Shown piece by piece: positions 10,348 through 20,959 of a DNA stretch of 64,000 bases. Position 1 is the stretch's first letter. Each line of letters starts with the position of its first letter. Origin of the DNA: a virus. Under the pieces are notes generated by a model. That model ran no database searches. It saw nothing but the letters and a program-made list of their open reading frames with translations, and was not told the DNA's origin. The stretch is taken from positions 32,001 through 96,000 of the IMG/VR virus record IMGVR_UViG_3300009130_000005; one strand, written 5' to 3'. A program made the position numbers and the translations under genes.

Positions 10348-11240
10348 TCTAGTCATGGAGGTAGAGTACGGCTTAGTGACGAGTTCCGCTCTTCCTGACA
10401 AGATTAGGGATAGCGAAAACTTTCTTGAAGTAGATGCTTCTCAGTGGTTTGACTTGGTTGAGTATTCAAAAAAGCTAGAACCTCTAAAGGAGAGTGAAAA
10501 GGTTATGGTTCTTTGCGTGGCGCACGGAACACCTGAACAAGAAGCAAGAGAAAGAGAAAGGGAGAAGGCTGAGGCAGAAAAACTTGCTCGGTTAGAAGCT
10601 AAGGAACAAGAAGAAGAAAGAGAAAGGTTGATTAGCGAAGAGATGAAAGAAAAAGAAAATAGGGAAAAGGCTCGATTAAGAGCGAGATCTAGGGAAATAA
10701 TGAACGCTTTATATGGTAGATAGAAAATGAACAAAGACATAGAGGTAAGGGCCGATTTTATTAGGGAAGAATGCGGCAAAAGAGGGGTAAAACTCATGAT
10801 GGATGAATGGCATGATCCTGTATCATTTATTTCATTAACGAATGAACGCGGAGACATGGCATCGGTTTCGACCAAAGGTGCTGTTTTTGAGAAAGTTTCC
10901 TACGTTCCACAGTGGACTCCTGAAATTGAAAACTGGGCAAGACAAGAAGGCTTTTCTGAGGAAAGAATTAAAGCCCAGAATTTAATCCAGAACGTATCCC
11001 TCAAAGAGGCTGTAGAGTTACTATCATGATCTCAAAAGATAAAACAGTTACGTTTTATAAGTGGAGTAGGAATAATTCCGAGACTTACAATGTACTAGGA
11101 GAAAGAGCGGGAGAGAAAGGAGCTTTAATTTTTTCAGTATACAAGGGTAAAGAAAAGATTGAAGATCAAAATGGTGAACTGGCAATGGAATTTGTTAAAG
11201 AGTTAGCAAAGTCCATTAAGCAATTTAATTAGGAAAAAAA

Positions 11241-12239
11241 ATGGGAAAACTATTGACTTACGATGACGTGTGCCTAGTGCCTAGGTTTTCGGAGTGTGCT
11301 TCAAGAAGCGAGTGCGATGCTTCTACAGAATTTCTTGGCTTCAGGTTTAAACTTCCAGTCATGGCTGCAAACATGAAAGCGGTCATCGACGAAGATTGGG
11401 CAAGGTTCTTTTCTGAAAATGGATATATGTACTCAATGCATAGGTTTGACATTGATATACAAAAATTCATAGAAAATTGCAACCGAGATAATTTTAAACT
11501 AATATCAGCGTCTTTCGGAGTAAAAGACAACGACAAGAGAATCATAGACAACCTTAGGTCTTCTGGCGCGAGGCTTGATATAGCTACCCTAGATATCGCC
11601 CATGGTCACTCACAATCAATGAAGGAAATGCTTAAGTATTTTAAGAAACACTTGCCGAATACAAAGCTAATTGCTGGCAATGTAGCGACGACTGAAGCAG
11701 TAAGAGACCTATACAAATGGGGAGCAGATGCAGTTAAGGTTGGAATCGGTCAAGGAAGCCCATGTACCACAAAAAATAAAACTGGATTTACTATGCCAAT
11801 GTTTTCTTGTGTCAGAAAATGTTCAGGTATGAGTGGTGGAGATACAATTTTTGATGACTGCGGAAGCAATATAGAAGACCACGAAGACATTCCAATCGTA
11901 GCAGATGGAGGGGTCAGATATAATGGAGACATTGCTAAAGCTCTTGTTGCTGGGGCAGATTTCGTAATGGCAGGAGGAATTTTTGCAGCTTGCGCAGATA
12001 GCCCAGCAAAGGAAGTTGAAGTGGATGGAGTTTGGCATAAAGCTTATTTTGGTTCAGCTTCTTTTGAAAACAAAAAAATCAAAAGAAACATTGAAGGAAG
12101 ACTTAGAAAGCTTTCTCAAAATGGTATGTCCCTCAAAGAAAAGCTTGAGGAGATTAAGCAAGATTTACAAAGTGCAGTATCCTATGGGGGAGGAAAAACC
12201 CTTCAAGCATTAAACAGTGTTGACTACGAGATTGTTTAA
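11241..12239 (+). CDS. guaC: GMP reductase
   Basis: LTYDDV, DIAHGHS, IAGNV, KVGIGQGSPCTT, ADGG, GDIAKAL; no CBS domains. Confidence 0.88.
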   Translation: MGKLLTYDDVCLVPRFSECASRSECDASTEFLGFRFKLPVMAANMKAVIDEDWARFFSENGYMYSMHRFDIDIQKFIENCNRDNFKLISASFGVKDNDKRIIDNLRSSGARLDIATLDIAHGHSQSMKEMLKYFKKHLPNTKLIAGNVATTEAVRDLYKWGADAVKVGIGQGSPCTTKNKTGFTMPMFSCVRKCSGMSGGDTIFDDCGSNIEDHEDIPIVADGGVRYNGDIAKALVAGADFVMAGGIFAACADSPAKEVEVDGVWHKAYFGSASFENKKIKRNIEGRLRKLSQNGMSLKEKLEEIKQDLQSAVSYGGGKTLQALNSVDYEIV

Positions 12240-12252
12240 CCTTTTATAATTT

Positions 12253-13167
12253 ATGAAAAAAGCTGTAGTAACAGGTGGTGCAGGATTCATAGGAAGCAAT
12301 TTAAGTAAAGAATTGTTAGACCAAGATTGGCAGGTAAACATTATAGACAATTTTGAGGCAGGAAAAATGTCCAATGTTCCGCTTGGAGCAAAAATTTACC
12401 AAACAGATTTAAGATACGAAGAAAACGAAGAAACAATTCTATCTTGTCTCAAAGGTGCGGATTGCGTTTTCCATCTTGCAGCCCTACCAAGGGTACAACC
12501 ATCTATTGACCACCCAATTGAATACCATGACGCAAATGTTAATGCAACATTAAATATTTTAAACCTATCCAAAGAATCAGGTGTTAAAAAGTTTGTTTTT
12601 AGTTCAACTTCTGCTGTATATGGAGACACAAATCAATTCCCAACTTCAGAGAGTGCGAATATAGAACCTTTAAGTCCTTATGGTTTACATAAATTGGTGG
12701 GAGAAGAGTATTGTTCTTTATTCTCAAAGCTTTATGACATAAAAACAGTATGCCTAAGATACTTTAATGTGTTTGGCAATAATATGCCCCTAGAAGGCGC
12801 GTACACGCTTGTTATGGGCGTTTTCGCAGAACAAATGAGACAAGGTAAACCAATGACAATTAGAGGTGATGGAGAACAAAGGAGAGACTTTGTTCACGTC
12901 AAAGATGTTGCTAGAGCAAACATTCTCGCAGCAACTTCTAAAAAGGTCGGAAAGGGAGAGTGTATAAATATAGGTAGCGGGACAAATCGAAGCGTTAATG
13001 AGATTGCAGACTTAATGGGAAGTAATAAAGTTTTTGTTGATCCAGTTGTTGAACCCAGAATTACATTATGTGATAATTCCTTAGCTCAAAAGCTCTTAGA
13101 CTGGAGCCCAGAGTTTTCCGTAGAGGATTTTATGCCTTGGTGGCTCAAGGAATTAGGTTTGGCATAA
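12253..13167 (+). CDS. NAD-dependent nucleotide-sugar epimerase/dehydratase
   Basis: TGGAGFIG, YGLHK (YxxxK), LRYFNVFG, RDFVHV. Confidence 0.88.
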   Translation: MKKAVVTGGAGFIGSNLSKELLDQDWQVNIIDNFEAGKMSNVPLGAKIYQTDLRYEENEETILSCLKGADCVFHLAALPRVQPSIDHPIEYHDANVNATLNILNLSKESGVKKFVFSSTSAVYGDTNQFPTSESANIEPLSPYGLHKLVGEEYCSLFSKLYDIKTVCLRYFNVFGNNMPLEGAYTLVMGVFAEQMRQGKPMTIRGDGEQRRDFVHVKDVARANILAATSKKVGKGECINIGSGTNRSVNEIADLMGSNKVFVDPVVEPRITLCDNSLAQKLLDWSPEFSVEDFMPWWLKELGLA

Positions 13168-13634
13168 TGGCAAATCTTAAAGATTTAGATTTAGCTTATT
13201 TAGACATGGCTTCTAGGTGGGCAGAACTATCAAAAGCTGTAAGAAAAAAGGTTGGATGCCTTATAGTTAAGGATGGAATGATTATTTCTGATGGTTACAA
13301 TGGAACCCCTAGCGGCTTTGATAATGTTTGTGAAACTAGCATTATGCCAGATTCTATAGCTCCAAAAGATTTAAACGATCACCCTGCAAACGCCTTAATA
13401 ACAAGGCCAGAAGTTCTTCATGCAGAAAGCAATGCAATCACAAAACTTGCAAAATCAACTCAGTCCAGTAACGGAGCAACAATGTATATAACAATATCTC
13501 CTTGTATGGATTGTGCAAAGCTAATAATACAATCGGGAATATCAAGGGTTGTTTACGGTAAATTTTACAAAAATGACAGTGGAATTAAATTATTAAAACA
13601 AGCCAACATAGAAATAATTAATTATGAAAATTAA
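13167..13634 (+). CDS. dCMP deaminase
   Basis: GYNG, HAE, SPCMDC zinc motifs. ATG 13167 overlaps the previous stop. Confidence 0.9.
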   Translation: MANLKDLDLAYLDMASRWAELSKAVRKKVGCLIVKDGMIISDGYNGTPSGFDNVCETSIMPDSIAPKDLNDHPANALITRPEVLHAESNAITKLAKSTQSSNGATMYITISPCMDCAKLIIQSGISRVVYGKFYKNDSGIKLLKQANIEIINYEN

Positions 13635-14055
13635 ATTCAAAAAACTTCACCCTAAGGCGAGAACCCCAGAGCAAGCGCATGAGCATGATGCAGGCTTTGA
13701 CCTTTATGCTTGTAGCATGGACTGGTCAGTTAACGAGGCTAGCGGTCTTTATACTGAGTACGGAACAGGTTTAGCTTTTGAGATTCCAAAAGGTTATGCA
13801 GGCTTTTTATTACCTAGGTCAAGCATATCAAAAACACATCACATGCTAAAGAACTCTGTTGGCTTAATAGACTCTGGGTACAGGGGAGAGGTAAAATTTA
13901 GATTCTCTCCAGATTCAACTAGAAACGCATATGTTGCAGGAGATAAGATTGGCCAAATAGTTTTCTTGAAGCTGCCAGCAGTTCAACTAGAAGAGTCAGA
14001 AGAACTTTCTAATTCTCTTAGGGGAGATGGTGGCTTTGGTTCAACAGGCAAATAA
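13624..14055 (+). CDS. dut: dUTPase (trimeric)
   Basis: AGFDL, PRSS, GLIDSGYRGE, RGDGGFGSTG. Confidence 0.93.
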   Translation: MKIKFKKLHPKARTPEQAHEHDAGFDLYACSMDWSVNEASGLYTEYGTGLAFEIPKGYAGFLLPRSSISKTHHMLKNSVGLIDSGYRGEVKFRFSPDSTRNAYVAGDKIGQIVFLKLPAVQLEESEELSNSLRGDGGFGSTGK

Positions 14056-14109
14056 TTTTTAAAATTTTTCCTTGACCATTTATATAATATATGGTATTAT
14101 TATTCCATA

Positions 14110-14292
14110 ATGAAAAACCAAACTTTAAACAAAGATGGATCTGTCAGGAAACAAGGAAGCGGCAGAACAAAAGGTTCCACTTCTTTTACGACAGTAACTC
14201 TTGGAGAACTCAAACCATTCATCGGAGACAGAACACCTATTGTCGTTAGTAGAGTTTGGCTCCAAAAAATTGGATTTATTAAAAATGTATAG
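14110..14292 (+). CDS. Small basic protein, paralog of 37235..37480
   Basis: Own promoter (TTGACC 14072, TATTAT 14095); GRxKG...VSRxWL motif. Confidence 0.55.
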   Translation: MKNQTLNKDGSVRKQGSGRTKGSTSFTTVTLGELKPFIGDRTPIVVSRVWLQKIGFIKNV

Positions 14293-14821
14293 AAACAAAT
14301 TCGACAAGGACGGAAAGTGTTCGAGGGAAGGTCATTCAGCAGAAGATCTTTTTGAAGAACTGGCAAAAACAAAAGGTTATCTCACAAGAAGGGCAACGAG
14401 AGAAGAAAACATGCACAAACATATTGACATGTTCCTCGAAGGCAGAGACTCCAAAAGCAAAAAGTCCACAGAGGTTTCTGTGGACATAAAAGCCAGAAAA
14501 AGAACATCTCGCAGGGATAAAAAGTTTAATGATGAATGGATTTGGGTAGAACTCAAAAATGTCCAAGGAAGAAAGGGTTGGATTTACGGAGATGCCAACT
14601 TCATAGTCTTCGAAAGAGAAAAAGATTTTGTAGTAGCCTCAAGGCGAAGCATTATTGAATTAATCGAATCAAAAGTTAGGTTTGATTTAGGCTTTGTTGA
14701 TAGGGCTTATCAAGCAAAATATCAAGTCTACCAAAGAAGGGGGCGTAGAGACCAGATTACACAAGTAAAAATGTCAGATATATTAAAACTAAAAAATGTT
14801 TCAAAATGGAACAAAAACTAA
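14285..14821 (+). CDS. PD-(D/E)XK-like nuclease
   Basis: E...HID...VDIK...WVELKN..G..GW pattern. Probable start ATG 14285. Confidence 0.55.
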   Translation: MYRNKFDKDGKCSREGHSAEDLFEELAKTKGYLTRRATREENMHKHIDMFLEGRDSKSKKSTEVSVDIKARKRTSRRDKKFNDEWIWVELKNVQGRKGWIYGDANFIVFEREKDFVVASRRSIIELIESKVRFDLGFVDRAYQAKYQVYQRRGRRDQITQVKMSDILKLKNVSKWNKN

Positions 14822-15394
14822 AATGAGTCTAAATAATAAAATGATGTATGTAGTAACAAGAGGAGGCAGAAGAGTAGAGCCCAATAATTACGACAACGAA
14901 GAAGATGCTCAAGTCAGAGCTTCCAAATTGGTTGAAATGCTCAAGAAGTGTTCGCCACGCTGTGCTGGAAAGGTTGGAATCGTTAAAACAAAAAACCCTA
15001 ATACAATTACATGAAAACAGGAATGATAGACTATATACTTAACAAGTTCTGCCCACTTCTTATTGTTGCAGTGCTATGTTTTTTAAAAATGGGCGCAAAT
15101 ACCTTTGAGCCATATATTATACTAGGTTTAATGCTTTATGCTTCTTACTTTAATTATAAAGTCGGATACGCAATGGGCATTTGCGAGAGCAGAGGATTGA
15201 TTTGAAATGAAAGGTAAATACTATTCCCCAGACCCTTCTAAAGAAGTAAAACTTCTCTCAGATAAGGTAGAGTACCTTGAGAAAAAAATAAGGTCAAAAC
15301 TAGATTATCTACTCAAAGAAATTCAAAAACTCAGGGATAAAAAATAAGCCCAACAACAATATCTTTAATTATTGCAGTCATTGTTTTAGTTGCA

Positions 15395-15706
15395 TTGGCG
15401 ATAAACCTTAATGTCAGACTAAAAAAACTTACAGAAAAACAAAAGAAAGATCTGTCTCAAAGAAAAAGCAGAGAAGTTTTATTTGGACAGTCTGCAGAAA
15501 AAATTGCCCCTTTTCTAGATGAGTTTGGATTTGACCCAAGAGACTCTCAGTTCTTAGGCCAACCAATTGATTATGTAGTTTTCGACGAAGAAGAAGTTTG
15601 TTTTGTTGAAATAAAAACTGGCCAAGCTCGACTAACTACAAAACAAAGAAGAATAAAAAAACTCATAGAAAACAAGAAAGTTTCTTGGAAAGAATTAAGG
15701 ATATGA
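15395..15706 (+). CDS. Endonuclease related to archaeal Holliday junction resolvase
   Basis: GQSAEKIAPF, FLGQPIDYVVF, FVEIKTG. The frame extends to ~15344 with a hydrophobic helix, so the true start is uncertain. Confidence 0.75.
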   Translation: MAINLNVRLKKLTEKQKKDLSQRKSREVLFGQSAEKIAPFLDEFGFDPRDSQFLGQPIDYVVFDEEEVCFVEIKTGQARLTTKQRRIKKLIENKKVSWKELRI

Positions 15707-16290
15707 TTAGTCATGAGCGCAAGTGCATATTTATACATATCCCCAGATGCGGAGGAAGCTCCATGGAACTTGCTCTCGAGGGAAAATCTGCATTTAATCG
15801 CAAAGAAAAGCATCTTATAGCAACAACAGCAAAAAGAATATACAAAGATTATTGGGATGATTATTTTAAATTCTCTTTTATAAGAGACCCTTGGGATAGG
15901 ACAGTTTCATTGTCAAGATGGCCATGGTTTTATGGGTGCAGAGTTAGAAAAGGAAAACTATTAATAAAAGGTTTAAAAAACCTAATAATAGACCCAAGAT
16001 CCAAGAGCAGATTTGACAGAAAAAAACTAAAATTTAAAAAAAACGCAGTCTATTTAAATATCCTTAACGAAGAAATTGACTTTATAGGTAGGTTTGAAAA
16101 TCTACAAGAAGACTGGTTGTACGTCTGCAAGCAAATAGGCTTAGAGCAAAAACCTTTAGGTAATATAAAAAAGTACAAAACCAAATTGAAATATCCACAC
16201 AGGAGCTACTATACTACAGAAACAAAAAATATTGTACAACAAATACACCAAGAAGATATAAATTATTTTAATTATAAATTTGAATATTAA
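15703..16290 (+). CDS. Sulfotransferase family 2 protein
   Basis: FIHIPRCGGSS (5'-PSB loop), FSFIRDPWDRTVS (3'-PB), FIGRFENL, D...F.Y. Confidence 0.8.
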   Translation: MISHERKCIFIHIPRCGGSSMELALEGKSAFNRKEKHLIATTAKRIYKDYWDDYFKFSFIRDPWDRTVSLSRWPWFYGCRVRKGKLLIKGLKNLIIDPRSKSRFDRKKLKFKKNAVYLNILNEEIDFIGRFENLQEDWLYVCKQIGLEQKPLGNIKKYKTKLKYPHRSYYTTETKNIVQQIHQEDINYFNYKFEY

Positions 16291-16316
16291 CTTTGCGCAG
16301 TGTACATAACATAGAT

Positions 16317-17036
16317 ATGGCTAAGAAAAAACGTCCAGCGTTTAATATACCACAGCTCAAACAGAATATTGTCGTAAATTCACTAAAGCTCGACGACAAG
16401 CAATTACATTTTCTAGAAAAGTCTTTATCAAAAAAGACTAAGATAATGTTTGTAAATGGGCCAGCAGGAACGAGCAAGACATACATGGCGGTTTACTCTG
16501 CTTTAAGGTTACTTTCATCTGAAGATGATTTAGATCTTGTTTATGTAAGAACCGTTATAGAAAGTGCCGATAAAGGACTAGGAGCATTGCCAGGAGACCT
16601 TGCAGAGAAATTTAATCCGTACATGATGCCCTTGATGGATAAGTTAGATGAAATGCTACCTCAAAATACATCACTAAAGCATGACTTGTTGGAAAAGGGT
16701 AGAATATCAGCTATGCCAATAAATTTTCTGAGAGGCGCGAGCTGGATTAACAAAGTTATTGTTGCAGATGAAGCGCAAAACTTCACCTTTAAAGAGCTAG
16801 TAACTTTAGTTACAAGAATAGGGGAAAACACAACCCTATTTATATGTGGAGACACAATGCAGAGTGACATAAATGGAAAGAGTGGCTTTGACACGATGTG
16901 TAATATATTCAACAATTACAAGAGCAGACAAAAGGGAATAGAGCATTTCCAATTTACAGAAGATGACATAAAGAGAAGCTCTATATTAAAATATATCATA
17001 TCTACAATTAACGAACACAATGAAAAGAACAGGTAG
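16317..17036 (+). CDS. phoH: PhoH-like ATPase
   Basis: GPAGTSKT, LGALPG, LRGAS, DEAQN, TRIGE, GDTMQSD. Confidence 0.9.
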   Translation: MAKKKRPAFNIPQLKQNIVVNSLKLDDKQLHFLEKSLSKKTKIMFVNGPAGTSKTYMAVYSALRLLSSEDDLDLVYVRTVIESADKGLGALPGDLAEKFNPYMMPLMDKLDEMLPQNTSLKHDLLEKGRISAMPINFLRGASWINKVIVADEAQNFTFKELVTLVTRIGENTTLFICGDTMQSDINGKSGFDTMCNIFNNYKSRQKGIEHFQFTEDDIKRSSILKYIISTINEHNEKNR

Positions 17037-17604
17037 ATATTCATCCATGCCAGATGGATACAGAAGCTCGGATTGGGGCAATAATCACTCGTGTATACCT
17101 GTAAATATGTCAAGATACGCTATAGAAAAATACATTTCGAACAACAAAAAAGGTTTTCTTGGCAAAATTAGCAATTCCTATTGGGACCACTGGGATGCAG
17201 CAGTTTGTGTTAAATTAAAATTTAAAGAATGCGAAGCATTAGCTTTTGCAAATTTAGAACCCTATAGATTTCAAAAATTAACCGATAAAGAAATGAGGAG
17301 CAAAAGTGTAGTCTCGGCAAAATATGCCTTTGCTGAAGCAGCCACTATTGCGATAGAAAGATTATGCTTAAAGGCATTAATCAAGCTTGAGGATGCAGAT
17401 AATATAGACATAACATGCTTCCACTTTAGAAGAATTGACTCAAAAGCAGATGGCTTGATTTTTTTTGGAAGCAATGAGGACGCTTCGATTATAATAAATC
17501 CAACGGCAGAAGAATTAGAAAGAGCGGAAGGATTTGAGAGTTACAATATAGAGTTTAACAAATATAAAGGTCAATCACGCAACGGAAAATATATTTATTC
17601 CTAA
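17020..17604 (+). CDS. Hypothetical protein
   Basis: 194-aa ORF, no recognised motif. Confidence 0.5.
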   Translation: MKRTGRYSSMPDGYRSSDWGNNHSCIPVNMSRYAIEKYISNNKKGFLGKISNSYWDHWDAAVCVKLKFKECEALAFANLEPYRFQKLTDKEMRSKSVVSAKYAFAEAATIAIERLCLKALIKLEDADNIDITCFHFRRIDSKADGLIFFGSNEDASIIINPTAEELERAEGFESYNIEFNKYKGQSRNGKYIYS

Positions 17605-17613
17605 AAAAAAGAC

Positions 17614-17642
17614 TTGACTAAATCACATTTATCAGCTATAAT
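17614..17642 (+). promoter_or_regulatory. sigma70-like promoter of an unassigned ncRNA
   Basis: TTGACT-N17-TATAAT, followed by boxA-like TGTTCTTTTTAA at 17661. Confidence 0.8.
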
Positions 17643-17686
17643 ATAACTCATATTTCAAACTGTTCTTTTTAAATTTTATTGACTTT

Positions 17687-17896
17687 GGAAGTTCTCGACG
17701 GAGGCTTCCTGTGGGTGACCGAACAAGCCTGTCGTTAGCGGGCTAAGGTATGCAGATTCCCTGTGGTGGGGTAGCAGAGTCCAATCGGATGAGCTAAAGA
17801 CCATATACCGAGTCTAATCTGTGGTTCGAAGTAGGAAAACATTGAACTGATGTTAACGCCGAAAAGTTGGAGGTATTCAGTAGTCCTTCCCCACAC
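17687..17896 (+). ncRNA. Unassigned structured ncRNA (~210 nt)
   Basis: GC-rich stretch with no ORF in the track, between a promoter and a terminator; nested stems (TGTGGG/CCCACA, AGCCTGT/GCGGGCT, GCAGATT/AATCTGT, AACATT/GATGTT). Confidence 0.65.
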
Positions 17897-17903
17897 TTAT
17901 TTT

Positions 17904-17932
17904 AAAACCCCCTAGAAATAGGGGGTTTTTTT
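17904..17932 (+). terminator. Rho-independent terminator
   Basis: AAAACCCCCTA-GAAA-TAGGGGGTTTTTTT. Confidence 0.85.
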
Positions 17933-18474
17933 ATTATTATATTTAATGTTTTACATCAAGAAAGATCAGGATAATAGAGACGCAATTTCCTTAATAGAAG
18001 AAGTTATAACTGCGCACAAATCCCTTAAAAAAGAAAAAGAAAAAAGGGTTCTTGATTTATACATGGAATTGCCCAACGAAAAGCTTTTCGAAGAAATTTA
18101 CCTAGAGGAAGAGGAAATACGAAATATAGATATTCAAATTTCTGGAATAGAATACGCAAGAGATTACATTAAGCTAATGACAAAGATTTCAAAAAAATAG
18201 CAGAGAATACTCAAGAATAAAAATCTTCGTGTAATAAAATATATGAGCAAAGAACCTAATTACTTTATAATCTTCTTAATAGTAATTATTATAGGAATTT
18301 ACTCAATATATGAAAAATGTAATGCTAAAAACAAAGAACTAATGAATATTATCGAACAACAGGATCAAGTTATCCTGCAACAAGATAGCGCGATAAAAAA
18401 ACAAGGAGACCTTATATTGTTCTACAATATATTCTACGAACAAAACCGAAACAACCAATACCCTCTTTTCAACC

Positions 18475-18975
18475 ATGACTTTAAGGCAAGCCCTAAGGAA
18501 ATACAATTACAAAACCGTATTTAATATTATATTTAAAATTTTTTTGCAAAACAAATCATATTCAGAAGTATATGCCCTAGATGTAAATTTTCTTAATGCG
18601 TGGAATAATCTAGTTAATACAGAAAGTTACGACAACTATAAAAATTGCTCTATCTATTTGGTTGAGATTGAGGATGACCTAGAAGATCCTCCTGAGCAAA
18701 TCGTAGATGTTTGCCTAATAGATTCCGCCGAAGATGCGCTTCAGGCTTTAGATTTTTTATCTTGGGGAGAAATAATTGACTTGGATATTAAAAATTCCAC
18801 CGACCTTTCGGATAAGGAATGCTTGGCATACATTCTTTGGGAAATCACTTTCTGGGGCTTTAGCGACAGTTCGATTGCAGAACAAAAAGCTAAGTTAAAA
18901 AAGTCTCAAAAAGACTGGGAGCGGGTTGAAAAAGAGCTCAAGGATTTATATAATCCAAGAGATGAATCTTTATAA
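18475..18975 (+). CDS. Hypothetical protein
   Basis: 166-aa ORF with a LWEITFWGF motif. Confidence 0.5.
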   Translation: MTLRQALRKYNYKTVFNIIFKIFLQNKSYSEVYALDVNFLNAWNNLVNTESYDNYKNCSIYLVEIEDDLEDPPEQIVDVCLIDSAEDALQALDFLSWGEIIDLDIKNSTDLSDKECLAYILWEITFWGFSDSSIAEQKAKLKKSQKDWERVEKELKDLYNPRDESL

Positions 18976-19459
18976 AATCCCAACTCACAAGAATTGTCCC
19001 AAAAAAGTTTACGCAGTAGTCGAGATTCCTAAAGGCACCAGCGCAAAATACGAGTATGACCCAGAAATAGGAGTCTTTTTTTATGACAGAAGCCTGCTAA
19101 GTGCAATGACATACCCTGCGAGTTATGGTTTTATCCCAATGACTAAAGCAGAAGATGGAGATGCGCTTGATATTTTAGTTTATAATGCAGTACCCATCGC
19201 AAGAGGTACGGTTGTTGAATGCTTAGTATTAGGAGTGCTAGATATGAATGACGATGGAGAAAAAGATTACAAAATACTTGGCGTCCCTACATCACACGTT
19301 CGATCATATGAAAGCCTTGATGATATTGACCCGCTTTTCTTAGAGGTATCTAAAAACTTTTTCCAACACTACAAAGACCTAAATGGTAAAGATGTCGAAA
19401 TACTTAACTGGCACGACAAACATACTGCAAGAAAAATTATAAATGAAAACTTAATATAA
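18962..19459 (+). CDS. ppa: Family I inorganic pyrophosphatase
   Basis: EIPKG, KYE, YPASYGFIP, DGDALD, D.GEKDYK, FF.HYK. Confidence 0.92.
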   Translation: MNLYKIPTHKNCPKKVYAVVEIPKGTSAKYEYDPEIGVFFYDRSLLSAMTYPASYGFIPMTKAEDGDALDILVYNAVPIARGTVVECLVLGVLDMNDDGEKDYKILGVPTSHVRSYESLDDIDPLFLEVSKNFFQHYKDLNGKDVEILNWHDKHTARKIINENLI

Positions 19460-19696
19460 AAATCAAATGAATAATTCAATGAAAGATGTAAGAAAATACT
19501 ATAAGGAAGAGGTTGATCGGCTAACTGGCGCAGATTTCATGCTGGAGTCGCTCGCTCGGCACTGCGCTTCAAGCATTAACTTGATAGACAGCATAATGGA
19601 CAAAGATAGATTTGCAAAAAATAATAGCGCCAAAGACACTAAAGATTTACTTCTCAGTGTAAGTAATAATATCAATAAGTTAAAACATCTACACAA

Positions 19697-19828
19697 ATGA
19701 AATATTTAAATTTTTTATTATTTTTTATTTTTTCTGGCTGCACCCCAAATTGCAACGAAAATAATTGCGCATGCAATACCTGCAACGACGAGTGCAAAAA
19801 CTGCGAATGCAATAAAGAAAGTGTCTAA
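19697..19828 (+). CDS. Small Cys-rich putative lipoprotein (not in ORF track)
   Basis: MKYLNFLLFFIFSGC-TPNCNENNCACNTCNDECKNCECNKESV; ATGA overlap with the upstream ORF. Confidence 0.55.
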   Translation: MKYLNFLLFFIFSGCTPNCNENNCACNTCNDECKNCECNKESV

Positions 19829-20126
19829 ATCCTCAGCAGGAAAGGGTGACTCCCCTAGAAATAATTTTTCCAAAAATTTTCAAACAAATTATGAAAAAAT
19901 AAATTGGAAAAACCGAAGAGCCAAAAAAAAATTAAAAAAGAAAAAGGATTAACAGTGGACGATAGACAGAAGAAATACGTTGAAAGCACCAAAGGTCAAG
20001 AAGCTCTTTCTCGTGCGAGAAAGAAATACGATGAATCAGACAAAGATAGGCGCAGACAACAAAAAAGAGATTACATGAGAAGAAAGCGCGAGCAAGACCC
20101 AAACTACTGTAAATGGAAATAAATTT

Positions 20127-20942
20127 ATGAAATACATATTAATAGCTATAGCCTTATTGGCATCAAACTGTCTAGCCGCAAGAGATAAAAATCCCTTGCC
20201 AGAAAAGCCAAAGATTGAAAAACCTTCAAAGCCAAAGCATTTTCCCAAGCATTGGGGTCGCCCTCCTCAAATCCAATTAAAGGATTACGTAACTCTTCCT
20301 AATGGATTCGGAAAGGGGAGCTCAACTCTCGCAAACTGGATTAAGGAAAATTTAAAAAAAGACGCAGAAAATAAAAAGCCTGAGACTAAGCCTAAGCCCG
20401 AAATTAAGCCCAAGCCCAAGCCTAACAGGCCTTCAAGGCCAAATCCAAGACCTGAACCCCCTAAAGAGGTAAAAGACAAGATGGAAGCCTACAAGGAGGC
20501 ACAAAAAACCCTTCAAGAAGGTTTGAAAAAGAGACTCAAGGATTTAGGAGAAAAACCCTCAAGAGAAGCAGTAAGAAAGGAAGTTGAGAAATTTAAAGCA
20601 GAAAACAAATCAGCAATAGATTCTCAAAAATCTTTAGGTAAGGATATTCAAGATTGGCATAAAGACAATAGACCCGAGAGGCCAAAAAGACCCGAACCAA
20701 GCGAAGATGTAAAAAATAAAATGAATGCCCTCAAAGAGCAACAAGAAGCTTTTAAGGGTGTTAGAGACGCTTTCAGGCAAGCAATGGAGCGATCAAAAGA
20801 TATGAGCAAAGAAGATAGAGATGAATTAATTAAACAATTTAAAGAAGCGAGCGCTGAAAATCATAAAGCAATCAAAGAAGCTCACAAAGCTTTACAAAAA
20901 GAAATAAGAGAAATAAAACAAGAAGGTGATCGTAGACAATAA
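20127..20942 (+). CDS. Secreted Pro/Lys-rich coiled-coil protein
   Basis: N-terminal signal peptide, PKP repeats, internally repeated helical unit. Confidence 0.6.
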   Translation: MKYILIAIALLASNCLAARDKNPLPEKPKIEKPSKPKHFPKHWGRPPQIQLKDYVTLPNGFGKGSSTLANWIKENLKKDAENKKPETKPKPEIKPKPKPNRPSRPNPRPEPPKEVKDKMEAYKEAQKTLQEGLKKRLKDLGEKPSREAVRKEVEKFKAENKSAIDSQKSLGKDIQDWHKDNRPERPKRPEPSEDVKNKMNALKEQQEAFKGVRDAFRQAMERSKDMSKEDRDELIKQFKEASAENHKAIKEAHKALQKEIREIKQEGDRRQ

Positions 20943-20959
20943 TTAAAACAAGGATAGAT

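Noticed and set aside
17687-17896. RNase P RNA, SRP RNA or group I intron
   Set aside because: I could not find the GAGGAAAGUCC/CGGCUUA RNase P signatures, SRP domain IV or group I core elements, so it is left unassigned.
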